DNA from: a virus
Lineage: Duplodnaviria > Caudoviricetes
Length of the DNA: 64,000 nucleotides
Strand: one strand, 5' to 3'
Virus record (IMG/VR): IMGVR_UViG_3300048670_001593
Coordinates: 1-64,000 of that record
In this document: piece by piece, positions 55,551 to 64,000 of the stretch
Layout of the letters: the number at the start of each line of letters is the position of its first letter
How positions within the stretch are numbered: position 1 is the stretch's first letter
Made by a program: the position numbers and the translations under genes
Notes under the pieces: model-generated
What the model was told of the DNA's origin: nothing
The model's database searches: none
The model's input: only the letters and a program-made list of their open reading frames with translations

Positions 55551-56637
55551 CAGACAATACGCACTGCTGCGTGACGAAATATTAGCCGTCACCGATGAAG
55601 TCTATCGAACCGGACAAGTTCTGGATGGTGAATACACACGAAAATTTGAACAAGCCATGGCCATCAGAACCCAGCGACAGTTTGCAGTGGCTGTCAATAG
55701 TTGCACGCAGGCACTGATATTTGCTCTGAGATCAGTGGATCAAATCAGATCTGACCGCATACTGATCCCCACACAGAGTTTTGTAGCCACACTGAATTCA
55801 GTCATGGAAGCAGGACTAGAGCCGGTGTTCTGCGACGTCAACCCCATAACTGGGTTGATTGACCTCAGTCGAATCATGGTCAACTATAATGAAATCAATG
55901 CCATCATGTATGTGAACTTGTTTGGCAACATTGTGGACTACGATAAACTCCGGACCTATCAGGAGATTTTTGCTGACAACGGTGTTCATATAATTGAAGA
56001 TGCCGCACAGAGTTTGGGTGCCAGTTATTCGGGAATACCCAGTGGTAAACTGGGCGATGTCAGTTGTCTGAGTTTTGATCCCACAAAAAATTTGCCAGCC
56101 TATGGCAGTGGTGGCATGGTACTGACTGACGATGTTGGCGTATTTGAAAACTGCCTGAGTCTCCGAGACAATGGCAAATATCATGATCACACTGTGTCAG
56201 GTACCAACAGTAAAATCAGCGAGGCCGACGCCGCTCAGCTGCTGGTTAAATTGCAATATTTTGATGGCTGGCAGGCCCGACGCAGGGAAATTGCTGAGTA
56301 TTATTCAGATCAACTCACAGGATATGTGACTGTGCCGCCCATAGATGCCAGAGTTGAGCCAGCCTGGCACAAATTTGTCATACATTCCGCACATCGTACC
56401 AGAATCAGAAAGTCTCTGGAAAATGCTGGTATCGAGACCAGGGTTCACTACAGTCGACCACTCAATCTCAACAGTATTGGATTTGCCTATGATCGGGGAC
56501 TGTTGGCCACAGAAGGTGCTGAAGAATTTGGACGCACCTGTCTGAGCCTGCCCATCTACCCTGAGCTCACTGATGTGGAAGTGGAGACAGTGGTGGATCA
56601 GGTCAGACTGAGTGTTGACTCAGCCAGAAATTCCTGA
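55513..56637 (+). CDS. DegT/DnrJ/EryC1/StrS aminotransferase
   Basis: 'VNSCTQAL', 'IEDAAQS', 'SFDPTKNL...GSGG', 'LSLPIYP'. Confidence 0.92.
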   Translation: MSGIKKIPFFGLDRQYALLRDEILAVTDEVYRTGQVLDGEYTRKFEQAMAIRTQRQFAVAVNSCTQALIFALRSVDQIRSDRILIPTQSFVATLNSVMEAGLEPVFCDVNPITGLIDLSRIMVNYNEINAIMYVNLFGNIVDYDKLRTYQEIFADNGVHIIEDAAQSLGASYSGIPSGKLGDVSCLSFDPTKNLPAYGSGGMVLTDDVGVFENCLSLRDNGKYHDHTVSGTNSKISEADAAQLLVKLQYFDGWQARRREIAEYYSDQLTGYVTVPPIDARVEPAWHKFVIHSAHRTRIRKSLENAGIETRVHYSRPLNLNSIGFAYDRGLLATEGAEEFGRTCLSLPIYPELTDVEVETVVDQVRLSVDSARNS

Positions 56638-59428
56638 GCCAGGCCCACTCAAAAGTCTTGAGTAGTTGCTGGTAGTCGCCGGCCACGGTGTCATAATACT
56701 TGACCGCATCTGCTGCACCCTGCAAGCTCCATTCAGCGTGCTGGCCCTGGGCTTCTGACAACCAGAGGTTCAGTCTATAGCGACTTTCGATGCTGTCGGT
56801 TTTCTCCACGTGATCCCGGAGTTTAACAACTTCTCTGAATGCAGTGCGCCAGGTCAGCTCGGGAGTGGTGTTGTAATGTGCCACTGCACTCAACACCGGC
56901 ACCACTGCATGAGGTTTACTCAGAGTAAAGTCCAGGCCCGGTGCATCTGTCTCCAACACCAGTTGTCGATTGTAGGCAATGATGCCCATGTGACCGTATT
57001 CCAGACCATTGACTGGGTTGCGACTGTGGAAGATATAGTGCTTGGCTTCCTGTAACCGGTCGGGTTGCCAACTCCAGTCAAAGTCATCGACCACTTCTAA
57101 TTTGGCAAACACTGTGAAGAACCAGGCAGTGTCGCTGAGTTCAGCTGCGGCTCGATAGGCATTGGCACGCCCATCGACGTTCTGAACACGTTTGATGGGT
57201 CTACCCGCAGTGTTACACAAATGCTCATACCAGCGTTCTGCGTCGGGTTCACCATTGCTGATGTAGATGATATCCAGATCGGGTTCTTTTATGGTCCGTT
57301 GCTTGTCGATATAGGGATAATCATAGGCTTGTGTATTAATATGAATTTTCACGTCTCTGGGAGCCAAAATCACGCTGTTTCCACGCGAAAAAGTGTGAAT
57401 TTTACGGTCTTTGGCATACCAAATTGCAGGTTCGTATACTAGTGCATGATCTTGAACGAACTCATGATTGGGCACGAACCAGGTGTAGGGATGTTCAAAA
57501 TTATGCAGTTTGAGCACATCAACTGCTGAGTCAGTGGTATAGCGAACCACCGGTATGGGTAATCTGGGAACTGTCTGTTCTGAACAGTAGTTCACCGTGT
57601 CAAACCAGTCCAGCAACTCCAGTTGTTCCATTTGTTTGCGAAAACTCGGCACGTGTATATAAAATGTGTCTCCACGAATTTGTTTACCACTGGGGAATAC
57701 GTGCATCATTTCACGTTGCCAGGGTTCAGGTTGCCAACTGAAATCAAATCTGGTATAGTCGCACAGGCTGCTGATGACCCAGACATACTCAGTGGTCACA
57801 GTGGCCATGATACGACGCAGAGTTTCCAGATAACTGTCAACAAATCTGGTGCTCCGGATGTCGGGGTATTTCTGACTGAGTTGTTGATACTGATCAGTGG
57901 CGTTGCCGTGACTGACCCAATAGATGTCATGCAGGTCATCGGGTATCATGACTGGCTGATCTCGGACAAAATTCAGATTGGGAAATTGTTCAATGCTTTG
58001 AGCCCACTGAGTATGTCGTTCGAATTCGTAGCGATTGATTAAGAAAGTGTCTGACCATTTCTGCCATTGTGACCCAAACACATGAGTCATATAACTTTGC
58101 CAGGGCTGGGCATGCCAGGTGAAATCGAAATCGTCGTAGACGTTTTCGCTGCTGATGACCCAGAATTTACTGGTTTCGCTCCTGGTCAGACAACGTCGAA
58201 TAGTGTCCATGATGCTGTTGGCATATCTGACCCTGTGTATGCCAGGATAACGCTCTTGTAGGCGCTCATAGCGCGTCTTGGAACTGGCATTGTTTTTATC
58301 AATAAAAAATATATCCAAAACTTCCAACACTGGCTTATCGTGTTGTTGGGGCGTGGGAACGGGACCTGCAAATTTAATTTCAGTTGCACCCGGCACTGTG
58401 TAGGTGAGCCCAACAGTCTGCTGGAATTCAGTACCAAAGTGATAGATGTAGGGAGGGTCTTGAGGATGGGGGACCCAACTGAAATCTACCTGATTGGCAT
58501 TGACTTCTTCTGGTACTGACCAATGCGTTGGATCTGGTAATGTTTTGGCCACCAAAACATCCAGATATTTTTCCTGTGTTGCGCCGGGTGTGTGATATTC
58601 GGGGCCACCCACTGCATTCCATACAGTGGGAAATTTATAAACGTAGGGCTCTTCTGCAGGATGTGGTGCCCAGCTGAAATCAAAACTGGTTCGATCAACA
58701 TTTGCTGGCACCACCCAGTTATCCATGCTGCTCAGTGTTTTAGCCTGAAAGTCTTCCAGAAACTTAATATCAGTGGCACCAGGCACACGATATTCGGGAC
58801 CACCAATTCGGTCCCATCCCCATTTGACTGGAAATTGATAGATCAATGGTGGATCTGTGGGATCGGGACACCAGGAGTAATCAATGCTGTCAGGGTCAAT
58901 ATTATCAGGAATGTACCAATAATCTTTATTGCCCTGTGTCTCTGCAATTATGATATCAATATATTTGTGTTCAGTCGCGCCCGGCACTCGAAATTCCACA
59001 CCACCGACATTTTGCCAACCCCATTTTACTGGAAAATGATAGACATATGGTGGATCCAAGGGATTGGGATGCCAAGAACAAGCCACGCTGGCACTATCGA
59101 TATGGTCAGGCATGTACCAGTTTTCTAATGATTCCTGTCTTGATACAATTGCATCATCTCTGAAATGCCAATTCCGGGTTTTTACCGTGTGTTTATTGGC
59201 AAGATAGGTGCCACCACATGTCTGCCACTGACTGGGCCAGACGTGAACAAACTCACTTTGCCAGGGTACCGGGCGTTGATCAAAATCAAATTCACCGTAA
59301 TCGTTGTTGCCATCAATAAACCAAAAGAATTTGGTCCGACTGAGCGCAGCAGCAGCGTCTAAATCTCGAGCCGGTTGCTCAAATGGAAAAAGTCCGGGTT
59401 TGGGTCCTTGATAAAATACATCAAACAT
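56603..59428 (-). CDS. 941-aa protein with ~65-aa tandem repeats and degenerate GT-A-like modules
   Basis: Four repeats 'W.VP..ID....D.SW.P.P.DPP..Y.FP..W...GG.EY..PGAT..K'; four 'FD(F/W).W.P.PWQ...HVF'-type segments. Confidence 0.6.
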   Translation of the reverse strand: MFDVFYQGPKPGLFPFEQPARDLDAAAALSRTKFFWFIDGNNDYGEFDFDQRPVPWQSEFVHVWPSQWQTCGGTYLANKHTVKTRNWHFRDDAIVSRQESLENWYMPDHIDSASVACSWHPNPLDPPYVYHFPVKWGWQNVGGVEFRVPGATEHKYIDIIIAETQGNKDYWYIPDNIDPDSIDYSWCPDPTDPPLIYQFPVKWGWDRIGGPEYRVPGATDIKFLEDFQAKTLSSMDNWVVPANVDRTSFDFSWAPHPAEEPYVYKFPTVWNAVGGPEYHTPGATQEKYLDVLVAKTLPDPTHWSVPEEVNANQVDFSWVPHPQDPPYIYHFGTEFQQTVGLTYTVPGATEIKFAGPVPTPQQHDKPVLEVLDIFFIDKNNASSKTRYERLQERYPGIHRVRYANSIMDTIRRCLTRSETSKFWVISSENVYDDFDFTWHAQPWQSYMTHVFGSQWQKWSDTFLINRYEFERHTQWAQSIEQFPNLNFVRDQPVMIPDDLHDIYWVSHGNATDQYQQLSQKYPDIRSTRFVDSYLETLRRIMATVTTEYVWVISSLCDYTRFDFSWQPEPWQREMMHVFPSGKQIRGDTFYIHVPSFRKQMEQLELLDWFDTVNYCSEQTVPRLPIPVVRYTTDSAVDVLKLHNFEHPYTWFVPNHEFVQDHALVYEPAIWYAKDRKIHTFSRGNSVILAPRDVKIHINTQAYDYPYIDKQRTIKEPDLDIIYISNGEPDAERWYEHLCNTAGRPIKRVQNVDGRANAYRAAAELSDTAWFFTVFAKLEVVDDFDWSWQPDRLQEAKHYIFHSRNPVNGLEYGHMGIIAYNRQLVLETDAPGLDFTLSKPHAVVPVLSAVAHYNTTPELTWRTAFREVVKLRDHVEKTDSIESRYRLNLWLSEAQGQHAEWSLQGAADAVKYYDTVAGDYQQLLKTFEWAWLRNFWLSQHSV

Positions 59429-59930
59429 GGATTTTTTCTACTTTAATCCCGCAGCGTTTTAGAAATTCAATGCCAGACGAGCATCGATAATCCACTGTAT
59501 AGTAGACTGCAACGACGCCACTCTGATAAATTAATTTGGCACAGTCAATACAGGGACTATGAGTGATAAACATGCTGGCGCCAGCACCGCTTTCGCTGGA
59601 ACGAGCTAATTTTGAAACTGCATTTGATTCAGCGTGGAGTACTTCGGGTCTGGTTTTTAACCGCCTGAGATAACTGCCACCATCCTCGTCTTCGTGCCAC
59701 TCCCAACCCTCTTCTAGAAATTTGTAAACCTGACTTGGGTCGTCCCATTCTATTTTTTTCTCCCAGAATTCGCAATTGTTGTCCCAACCGGCCGGCATGC
59801 CATTGTAGCCGATGCTGATAATTCTGTCATCTTTGACTACTAATGCGCCAACTTTAAGCCTTCTGGCTGTACTACATTCAGCATAGATATGCGCAGCTCG
59901 CATATGTGCCTGTATGTGTTTATTCTTCAT
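59421..59930 (-). CDS. dCMP deaminase
   Basis: 'KVGA..VKD.RIIS.GYNG', HAE, PCIDC. The ATG at 59930 (MKNKH) fits the family length. Confidence 0.92.
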   Translation of the reverse strand: MKNKHIQAHMRAAHIYAECSTARRLKVGALVVKDDRIISIGYNGMPAGWDNNCEFWEKKIEWDDPSQVYKFLEEGWEWHEDEDGGSYLRRLKTRPEVLHAESNAVSKLARSSESGAGASMFITHSPCIDCAKLIYQSGVVAVYYTVDYRCSSGIEFLKRCGIKVEKIHV

Positions 59931-60396
59931 CCGTGACTTCCATCCAGGTATAATCACCCAACCATTTGATCTGACAGATATAGTTGTATTCCTCTGGGGC
60001 ACCGCAACTCCAGCCGGTGGGCCCCTGGTGACACAATCTAGTATACTGTTTTTTTGTATCATACACAAGCCAGTATTTCTGCCCGTGGTAGGTCCGAAAT
60101 TCATAATGAGCCTGATGAACCATGTCGGTGATATCCAGACGACGTTTAAGATCAGCTGCTTGTTTTTGTAACACTGATACCAAATCCATGATGCGGTTGT
60201 ACTCCTGCATGCCATGCATTCTGGCAGCATTGACCATGACATCTTTCTGTTTGGTCACAGGAACTAAATCAAATGCAGGCCCGCCCACATCGGTAGGGTA
60301 TGGTGTAATATTTCTGTTGAAAAATTCCACCAGAGAGTTACCTACGTTGGCATCATAACTTTCTCTGCCCTTGGCACGATTGGATTTTTTAGACAT
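59920..60396 (-). CDS. hypothetical protein (DUF2452-like)
   Basis: 'PYPTDVGGPAFDLVPV' pattern recalled for DUF2452. Confidence 0.6.
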   Translation of the reverse strand: MSKKSNRAKGRESYDANVGNSLVEFFNRNITPYPTDVGGPAFDLVPVTKQKDVMVNAARMHGMQEYNRIMDLVSVLQKQAADLKRRLDITDMVHQAHYEFRTYHGQKYWLVYDTKKQYTRLCHQGPTGWSCGAPEEYNYICQIKWLGDYTWMEVTDEE

Positions 60397-60824
60397 TAGG
60401 AACCGTCAGCGGAAATAAGCTGTTCTGCAATATATTCGGCCCAAAATTCTGAATTTTGCACAGATACCTGAATATTAAACTGACTGGGAGACTCAAACAG
60501 CTGATTGGTATCAGCAAATCTACTCTCTGTTATAGTATCCATCCAGATCACATAGTCAGCCGCAAATTCATCACGCAACTGCTGTGTGGGTGCTACAAAA
60601 TCACATATAACGAATTCTGATTCAGAAGTATCAGCCAGACTTTTCATGCGGGCTGCCTGCCTGAGACGACCAGCGTCAGTAAAGTCCCAATCGTCTGCCT
60701 GCTGTCTGATCTGATCAGCATTATACCAGTCTGCAGTTCGACCCAATTCAACAAATTTATTTTGTAATGCTTGTGCCAGGGTAGTCTTGCCACTGCCCGG
60801 CAATCCCATGATCAATATTTTCAT
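60396..60824 (-). CDS. adenylylsulfate kinase-like P-loop kinase
   Basis: GLPGSGKTT, 'NADQIR', 'ICDFVAP', 'LFESP'. Confidence 0.75.
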   Translation of the reverse strand: MKILIMGLPGSGKTTLAQALQNKFVELGRTADWYNADQIRQQADDWDFTDAGRLRQAARMKSLADTSESEFVICDFVAPTQQLRDEFAADYVIWMDTITESRFADTNQLFESPSQFNIQVSVQNSEFWAEYIAEQLISADGS

Positions 60825-62293
60825 GACATAACCTTTACATTATACAACTGCTCAAACCTGTCGGCATCTGCACGGTCATCCACCATGGGCTCACCTCGTA
60901 TGTTCAGACTGGTATTCAATAACATGGGACAACCAGTCTGCGCATACCAGGATTCCAACAGTTGTCTGATGCCGCTGCCACAATTTTCAGACACTGTCTG
61001 CACTCGACTGGTACCATCCACATGTATTATAGCAGGAAATTGCTCAGGATGCCGACATTTGGCTATTACCTGCATGTATGGGCTAGTGGCAAAACCCATT
61101 GGCATTTCAAAATAGTCGTTGGCGTGCTCTTGTAAAATCACCGGGGCAAATGGTCTGAACTTCTGCCGACGTTTGATTTCGTTAACTCTGTCTTTGATTT
61201 CAGAACCACGCGGGTCTGCCAACAGACTTCGATTACCCAGAGCTCTGGGCCCAAATTCTGCTCGACCACTAGCCACGCCCACAATCTGACGGGTCAATAG
61301 CTCATTTATCAGACCATCAACAGGGTATGGACCAGGAATTTCTGTGCCCAGATAGGGATGTTGCCAGTTGATTCGTCCGCCGTACGCCAATGCTGCTGCA
61401 CCCAGACTGCTGCCGCAATCACCAGGGTTGGGCATGATCCAGATGTTGTCGAAATATTGACCTAACCCTGCGTTTGCTGAACAGTTCAGAGCAACCCCGC
61501 CCATGTAAACCAGATTTGTGCTCCATTTGAAGTCCCTGGCTCGAGACATCACACTGGCCAGACAAGTTTCCAGAGTCTGCTGGGCACTGGCTGCAATATC
61601 AAAGTCACTCATGTCTGGTCGATAATCATCAGCACCAGTATGAAGATTCCGTCGAAATTCCAACGTGTCCGAATTCTGAACGAAATCCGCTAGCATGCTG
61701 GGATCAGCAGTTCCATAGGCCGCCATGCCCATGAGAATGTATTCTTCGTCCAATGGCTTTAATCCTGCACGTTGAGTCATGGCCGAATAGAACAGCCCCA
61801 GACTGTGTGGATATTTCTGACCCCAGAGTTTGTTATATCGGGCTTGACCATCGACGTATTCTGCAGCCCAGATGGTTATGGTATCCCATTCACCAATGGC
61901 ATCAATCACCACCACTGTGGCCCGATCGAATGGGCTGGTCTGAAATCCCGCAGCAGCGTGACTCAAATGATGCTGATAAGTCCTGACAGGGACTGAGATT
62001 TTGAATCCCAACTGGTCTGTTATGATTTTTTTGGTACTTAGTTTGCCCCATTCGATGCCTTGCCCGCTGTATAGTTGTCGCAGTTGTTTCAGCCAGGGAT
62101 TTTCATAGTAGGCAATTGTGCCTATGGGCCCATGTGCCAACGCAGCCTCTGCTATGTCCTGACAGAGGTCGGCATCGTTTTTTTGTTTGCTGTATCTTTC
62201 ACTGTGTGCTGCAAATAGTATGTCACCGGTGCTGCCATCAACTACTGCAGCACCTGCATCATGAAATCCAGCCGAGATTCCTAATATGTTCAT
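60821..62293 (-). CDS. carbamoyltransferase (NodU/CmcH/TobZ family)
   Basis: 'HHLSHAA', 'GGVALNC', 'EFGPRALGNRS', 'RPFAP', 'HVDGTSRVQTV', 'LNTSLN'. Confidence 0.95.
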   Translation of the reverse strand: MNILGISAGFHDAGAAVVDGSTGDILFAAHSERYSKQKNDADLCQDIAEAALAHGPIGTIAYYENPWLKQLRQLYSGQGIEWGKLSTKKIITDQLGFKISVPVRTYQHHLSHAAAGFQTSPFDRATVVVIDAIGEWDTITIWAAEYVDGQARYNKLWGQKYPHSLGLFYSAMTQRAGLKPLDEEYILMGMAAYGTADPSMLADFVQNSDTLEFRRNLHTGADDYRPDMSDFDIAASAQQTLETCLASVMSRARDFKWSTNLVYMGGVALNCSANAGLGQYFDNIWIMPNPGDCGSSLGAAALAYGGRINWQHPYLGTEIPGPYPVDGLINELLTRQIVGVASGRAEFGPRALGNRSLLADPRGSEIKDRVNEIKRRQKFRPFAPVILQEHANDYFEMPMGFATSPYMQVIAKCRHPEQFPAIIHVDGTSRVQTVSENCGSGIRQLLESWYAQTGCPMLLNTSLNIRGEPMVDDRADADRFEQLYNVKVMS

Positions 62294-62924
62294 ATACCTT
62301 ATCAGCCACTAACTCATGGCCCTTGTCTAAGAAATGCCCATTTGGCCCTTTGGGACACTTGGCAGCATCAGTCCATTCCACCATGCCACTGTGATCAAAC
62401 CCAATAAAACAGTCTTTATCAATTTCTTCAAAATATTTTTGCCAGAAAAACGTTGGACGTCGTCGATAATATTCATTTTCCAGCACATTCATCATAATGT
62501 ATTTTATGTTTTTGTATTTTAAAAAATTCTGCAGCAGAATAACCTGCTCCAGATATCTGACATGATAATACTGTCGGTTGTGATACTGATTAAAATATTT
62601 CACCAGGCCCTGGCGCCAGACTGATCCGTCCTGTTGAAATAAATTTCCGCTGTACCCGGGCCAGACACTATAATGTCCAACGTCATCCGCAAACTCCTGT
62701 CGACCCAACATGCTCCAGCCAATGACTACCAAGTCAATTTGATCAGACCGAGTTAGGAGGTATTCCAGAAGCCTACGAATTATGCTATCATTGCTGCTGG
62801 CCGGTTCACCAAGATTTATTACTGCATAGCCGAGCTTTTCGCCCAGTCGATTGGGCCAGGACTTATTTAAATCAGGTAGTTCTTCCCCGTAGGTAAAACT
62901 ATCACCAATGGCCAATAATTTCAT
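62259..62924 (-). CDS. SGNH/GDSL-like hydrolase
   Basis: IGDSFTYG ... SSN ... GHFLDKGH. Confidence 0.65.
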   Translation of the reverse strand: MKLLAIGDSFTYGEELPDLNKSWPNRLGEKLGYAVINLGEPASSNDSIIRRLLEYLLTRSDQIDLVVIGWSMLGRQEFADDVGHYSVWPGYSGNLFQQDGSVWRQGLVKYFNQYHNRQYYHVRYLEQVILLQNFLKYKNIKYIMMNVLENEYYRRRPTFFWQKYFEEIDKDCFIGFDHSGMVEWTDAAKCPKGPNGHFLDKGHELVADKVYEHIRNLGWIS

Positions 62925-63022
62925 TTGTAAATAAATGGATCTCGTTTACGAAGTTCTTTTAGTCTTTTTCTGTAACGAATTTCCAACATAACACGATCAT
63001 AAATTTTTCGTAACCAATTCAT
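62921..63022 (-). CDS. 33-aa basic peptide ending DPFIYK (not in ORF track)
   Basis: MNWLRKIYDRVMLEIRYRKRLKELRKRDPFIYK; ATGA coupling to the next gene. Confidence 0.6.
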   Translation of the reverse strand: MNWLRKIYDRVMLEIRYRKRLKELRKRDPFIYK

Positions 63023-63818
63023 TGAATTTCTCCTGGATTAATTTGACGGCATCTGCATGTGCTGCCTCAAGCGGGTGTGTGGTGCCCATGGGGTATTTAT
63101 TTTCTGTCGCCCAGTGGAAAAATCCTTTGGGTTCCTGAGTCAGACTAACCGACGTTGCTGGAAAGAAAAACCAACGATCCCAGTCAATCAGTTGATATAA
63201 ATCAGATAGCCAGGAATCCTGAGTCCTAATATAATTTTCATGTTGATAAAATGTATTACCGGCTGTCAGGAAAATGTAGGGAATCCCATTCAGTTTTAGA
63301 TAGTCCTGCATGAAAATAAATTCCCTAAAACTGGAATACATTTCATAATATTCACTGTCGCCCACATGCTTGTAAAATACTGATGCGAAATCCGCAACCC
63401 CAGTGCTTCTGGCAGTTAATATATTTTCCAACTGCTGATATTCGATACCTGAATTGGGAGTAAAATAACTATCAGAAATTTTCTTTAAGTCTGATTCAAT
63501 GGTCCAGGGGTTTATGCTATACCAGGGACTATTTCGTTGACGTGTCTGATAATTAAATCTAAATTCGTATCTGGAAACAAAACTCCACATTATTAATACA
63601 GCGAATTTCTTTCCCTGCTGTTGTAGTTCCTGACATTTCCTCAGAGTCATTCTGGAAATGGCCGAATTGGCATTGCCTGGAAAGGCAGTTGATACATAAT
63701 CCAGCCCAGCCAGTCTGGCCAGTTGGGCAGGGAACGTCTGCCCACTGGGAGATTGATCGTTTTGATCAGATAACTCTGACCCAAAGATCAGACTATCACC
63801 CCCGGCTACTAAAATCAT
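62997..63818 (-). CDS. SGNH/GDSL-like hydrolase
   Basis: GGDSLIFG ... PGNAN ... THPLEAAH. Confidence 0.65.
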   Translation of the reverse strand: MILVAGGDSLIFGSELSDQNDQSPSGQTFPAQLARLAGLDYVSTAFPGNANSAISRMTLRKCQELQQQGKKFAVLIMWSFVSRYEFRFNYQTRQRNSPWYSINPWTIESDLKKISDSYFTPNSGIEYQQLENILTARSTGVADFASVFYKHVGDSEYYEMYSSFREFIFMQDYLKLNGIPYIFLTAGNTFYQHENYIRTQDSWLSDLYQLIDWDRWFFFPATSVSLTQEPKGFFHWATENKYPMGTTHPLEAAHADAVKLIQEKFNELVTKNL

Positions 63819-64000
63819 ATCCTGCCTTCATTGAATCAATCTGTTGCTGTTGATAATCATCATCTGACCAGCAATAGTCAAATTTACCATATGTTCCAAT
63901 GACTTCTATTTGATAGATATCCAGATATTTTCCCAATATTTTTCTAATTTCTATTGGATTGTCGGTACCAAAGCTTCTGATCAAATCAACCCGCCCAATG
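63796..64000 (-). CDS. 3' end of a CDS running off the window
   Basis: The frame is open to the right edge (..IGRVDLIRSFG..). Confidence 0.6.
   Translation of the reverse strand, partial: IGRVDLIRSFGTDNPIEIRKILGKYLDIYQIEVIGTYGKFDYCWSDDDYQQQQIDSMKAGYDFSSRG

Noticed and set aside
1-64000. Stop-codon reassignment (as in some large phages)
   Set aside because: Long genes are uninterrupted in code 11, and TAA, TAG and TGA all end genes at family-typical lengths.
1-64000. tRNA genes, CRISPR arrays, integrase/transposase, introns or inteins
   Set aside because: No cloverleaf or T-loop pattern, regularly spaced repeat array or such motifs were seen by eye; a tRNAscan/Infernal run is still advisable.

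Overview
Dense, almost fully coding 64 kb segment of a large T4-like (Caudoviricetes) bacteriophage, read in genetic code 11. It carries Shine-Dalgarno sites, near-consensus sigma70 promoters, T4-type late promoters (TATAAATA) and a gp43-like family B polymerase. Five blocks stand out. (1) 4.2-7.6 kb: a methanol-oxidation module with a complete lanthanide-type PQQ methanol dehydrogenase (XoxF, D-x-D motif), an XoxG-like cytochrome c, a second cytochrome c, a DoxX protein and a small membrane ORF, with its own promoter and terminators. (2) 2.5-15.1 kb, around that module: genes sharing a T4 internal-protein-like N-terminus (M-R-x-x-E/D-F/L ... L/I/V-x-E) that encode ADP-ribosyltransferase-like, nucleotidyltransferase, amidoligase, metallopeptidase and ligase-like enzymes. 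One is an 816 aa polyprotein whose domains are separated by protease-site-like motifs encoded by exact DNA repeats. (3) 18-42 kb: replication genes interleaved with a 7-deazaguanine pathway (TGT/DpdA-like, DpdL-like, FolE, QueE, QueD; no QueC in the window), MetK and an autotransporter-like subtilase. (4) 43-54 kb: a sigma70-driven region with a candidate structured ncRNA, a MoxR AAA+/VWA pair, a family of small paralogues, DHFR and ThyA. (5) 54-64 kb: sugar-modification and carbamoyltransferase genes. Six SGNH-like and three SPASM/radical-SAM paralogues are scattered across the window. No tRNA, rRNA or CRISPR array was recognised. All family calls come from motif reading and memory; no database search was run.
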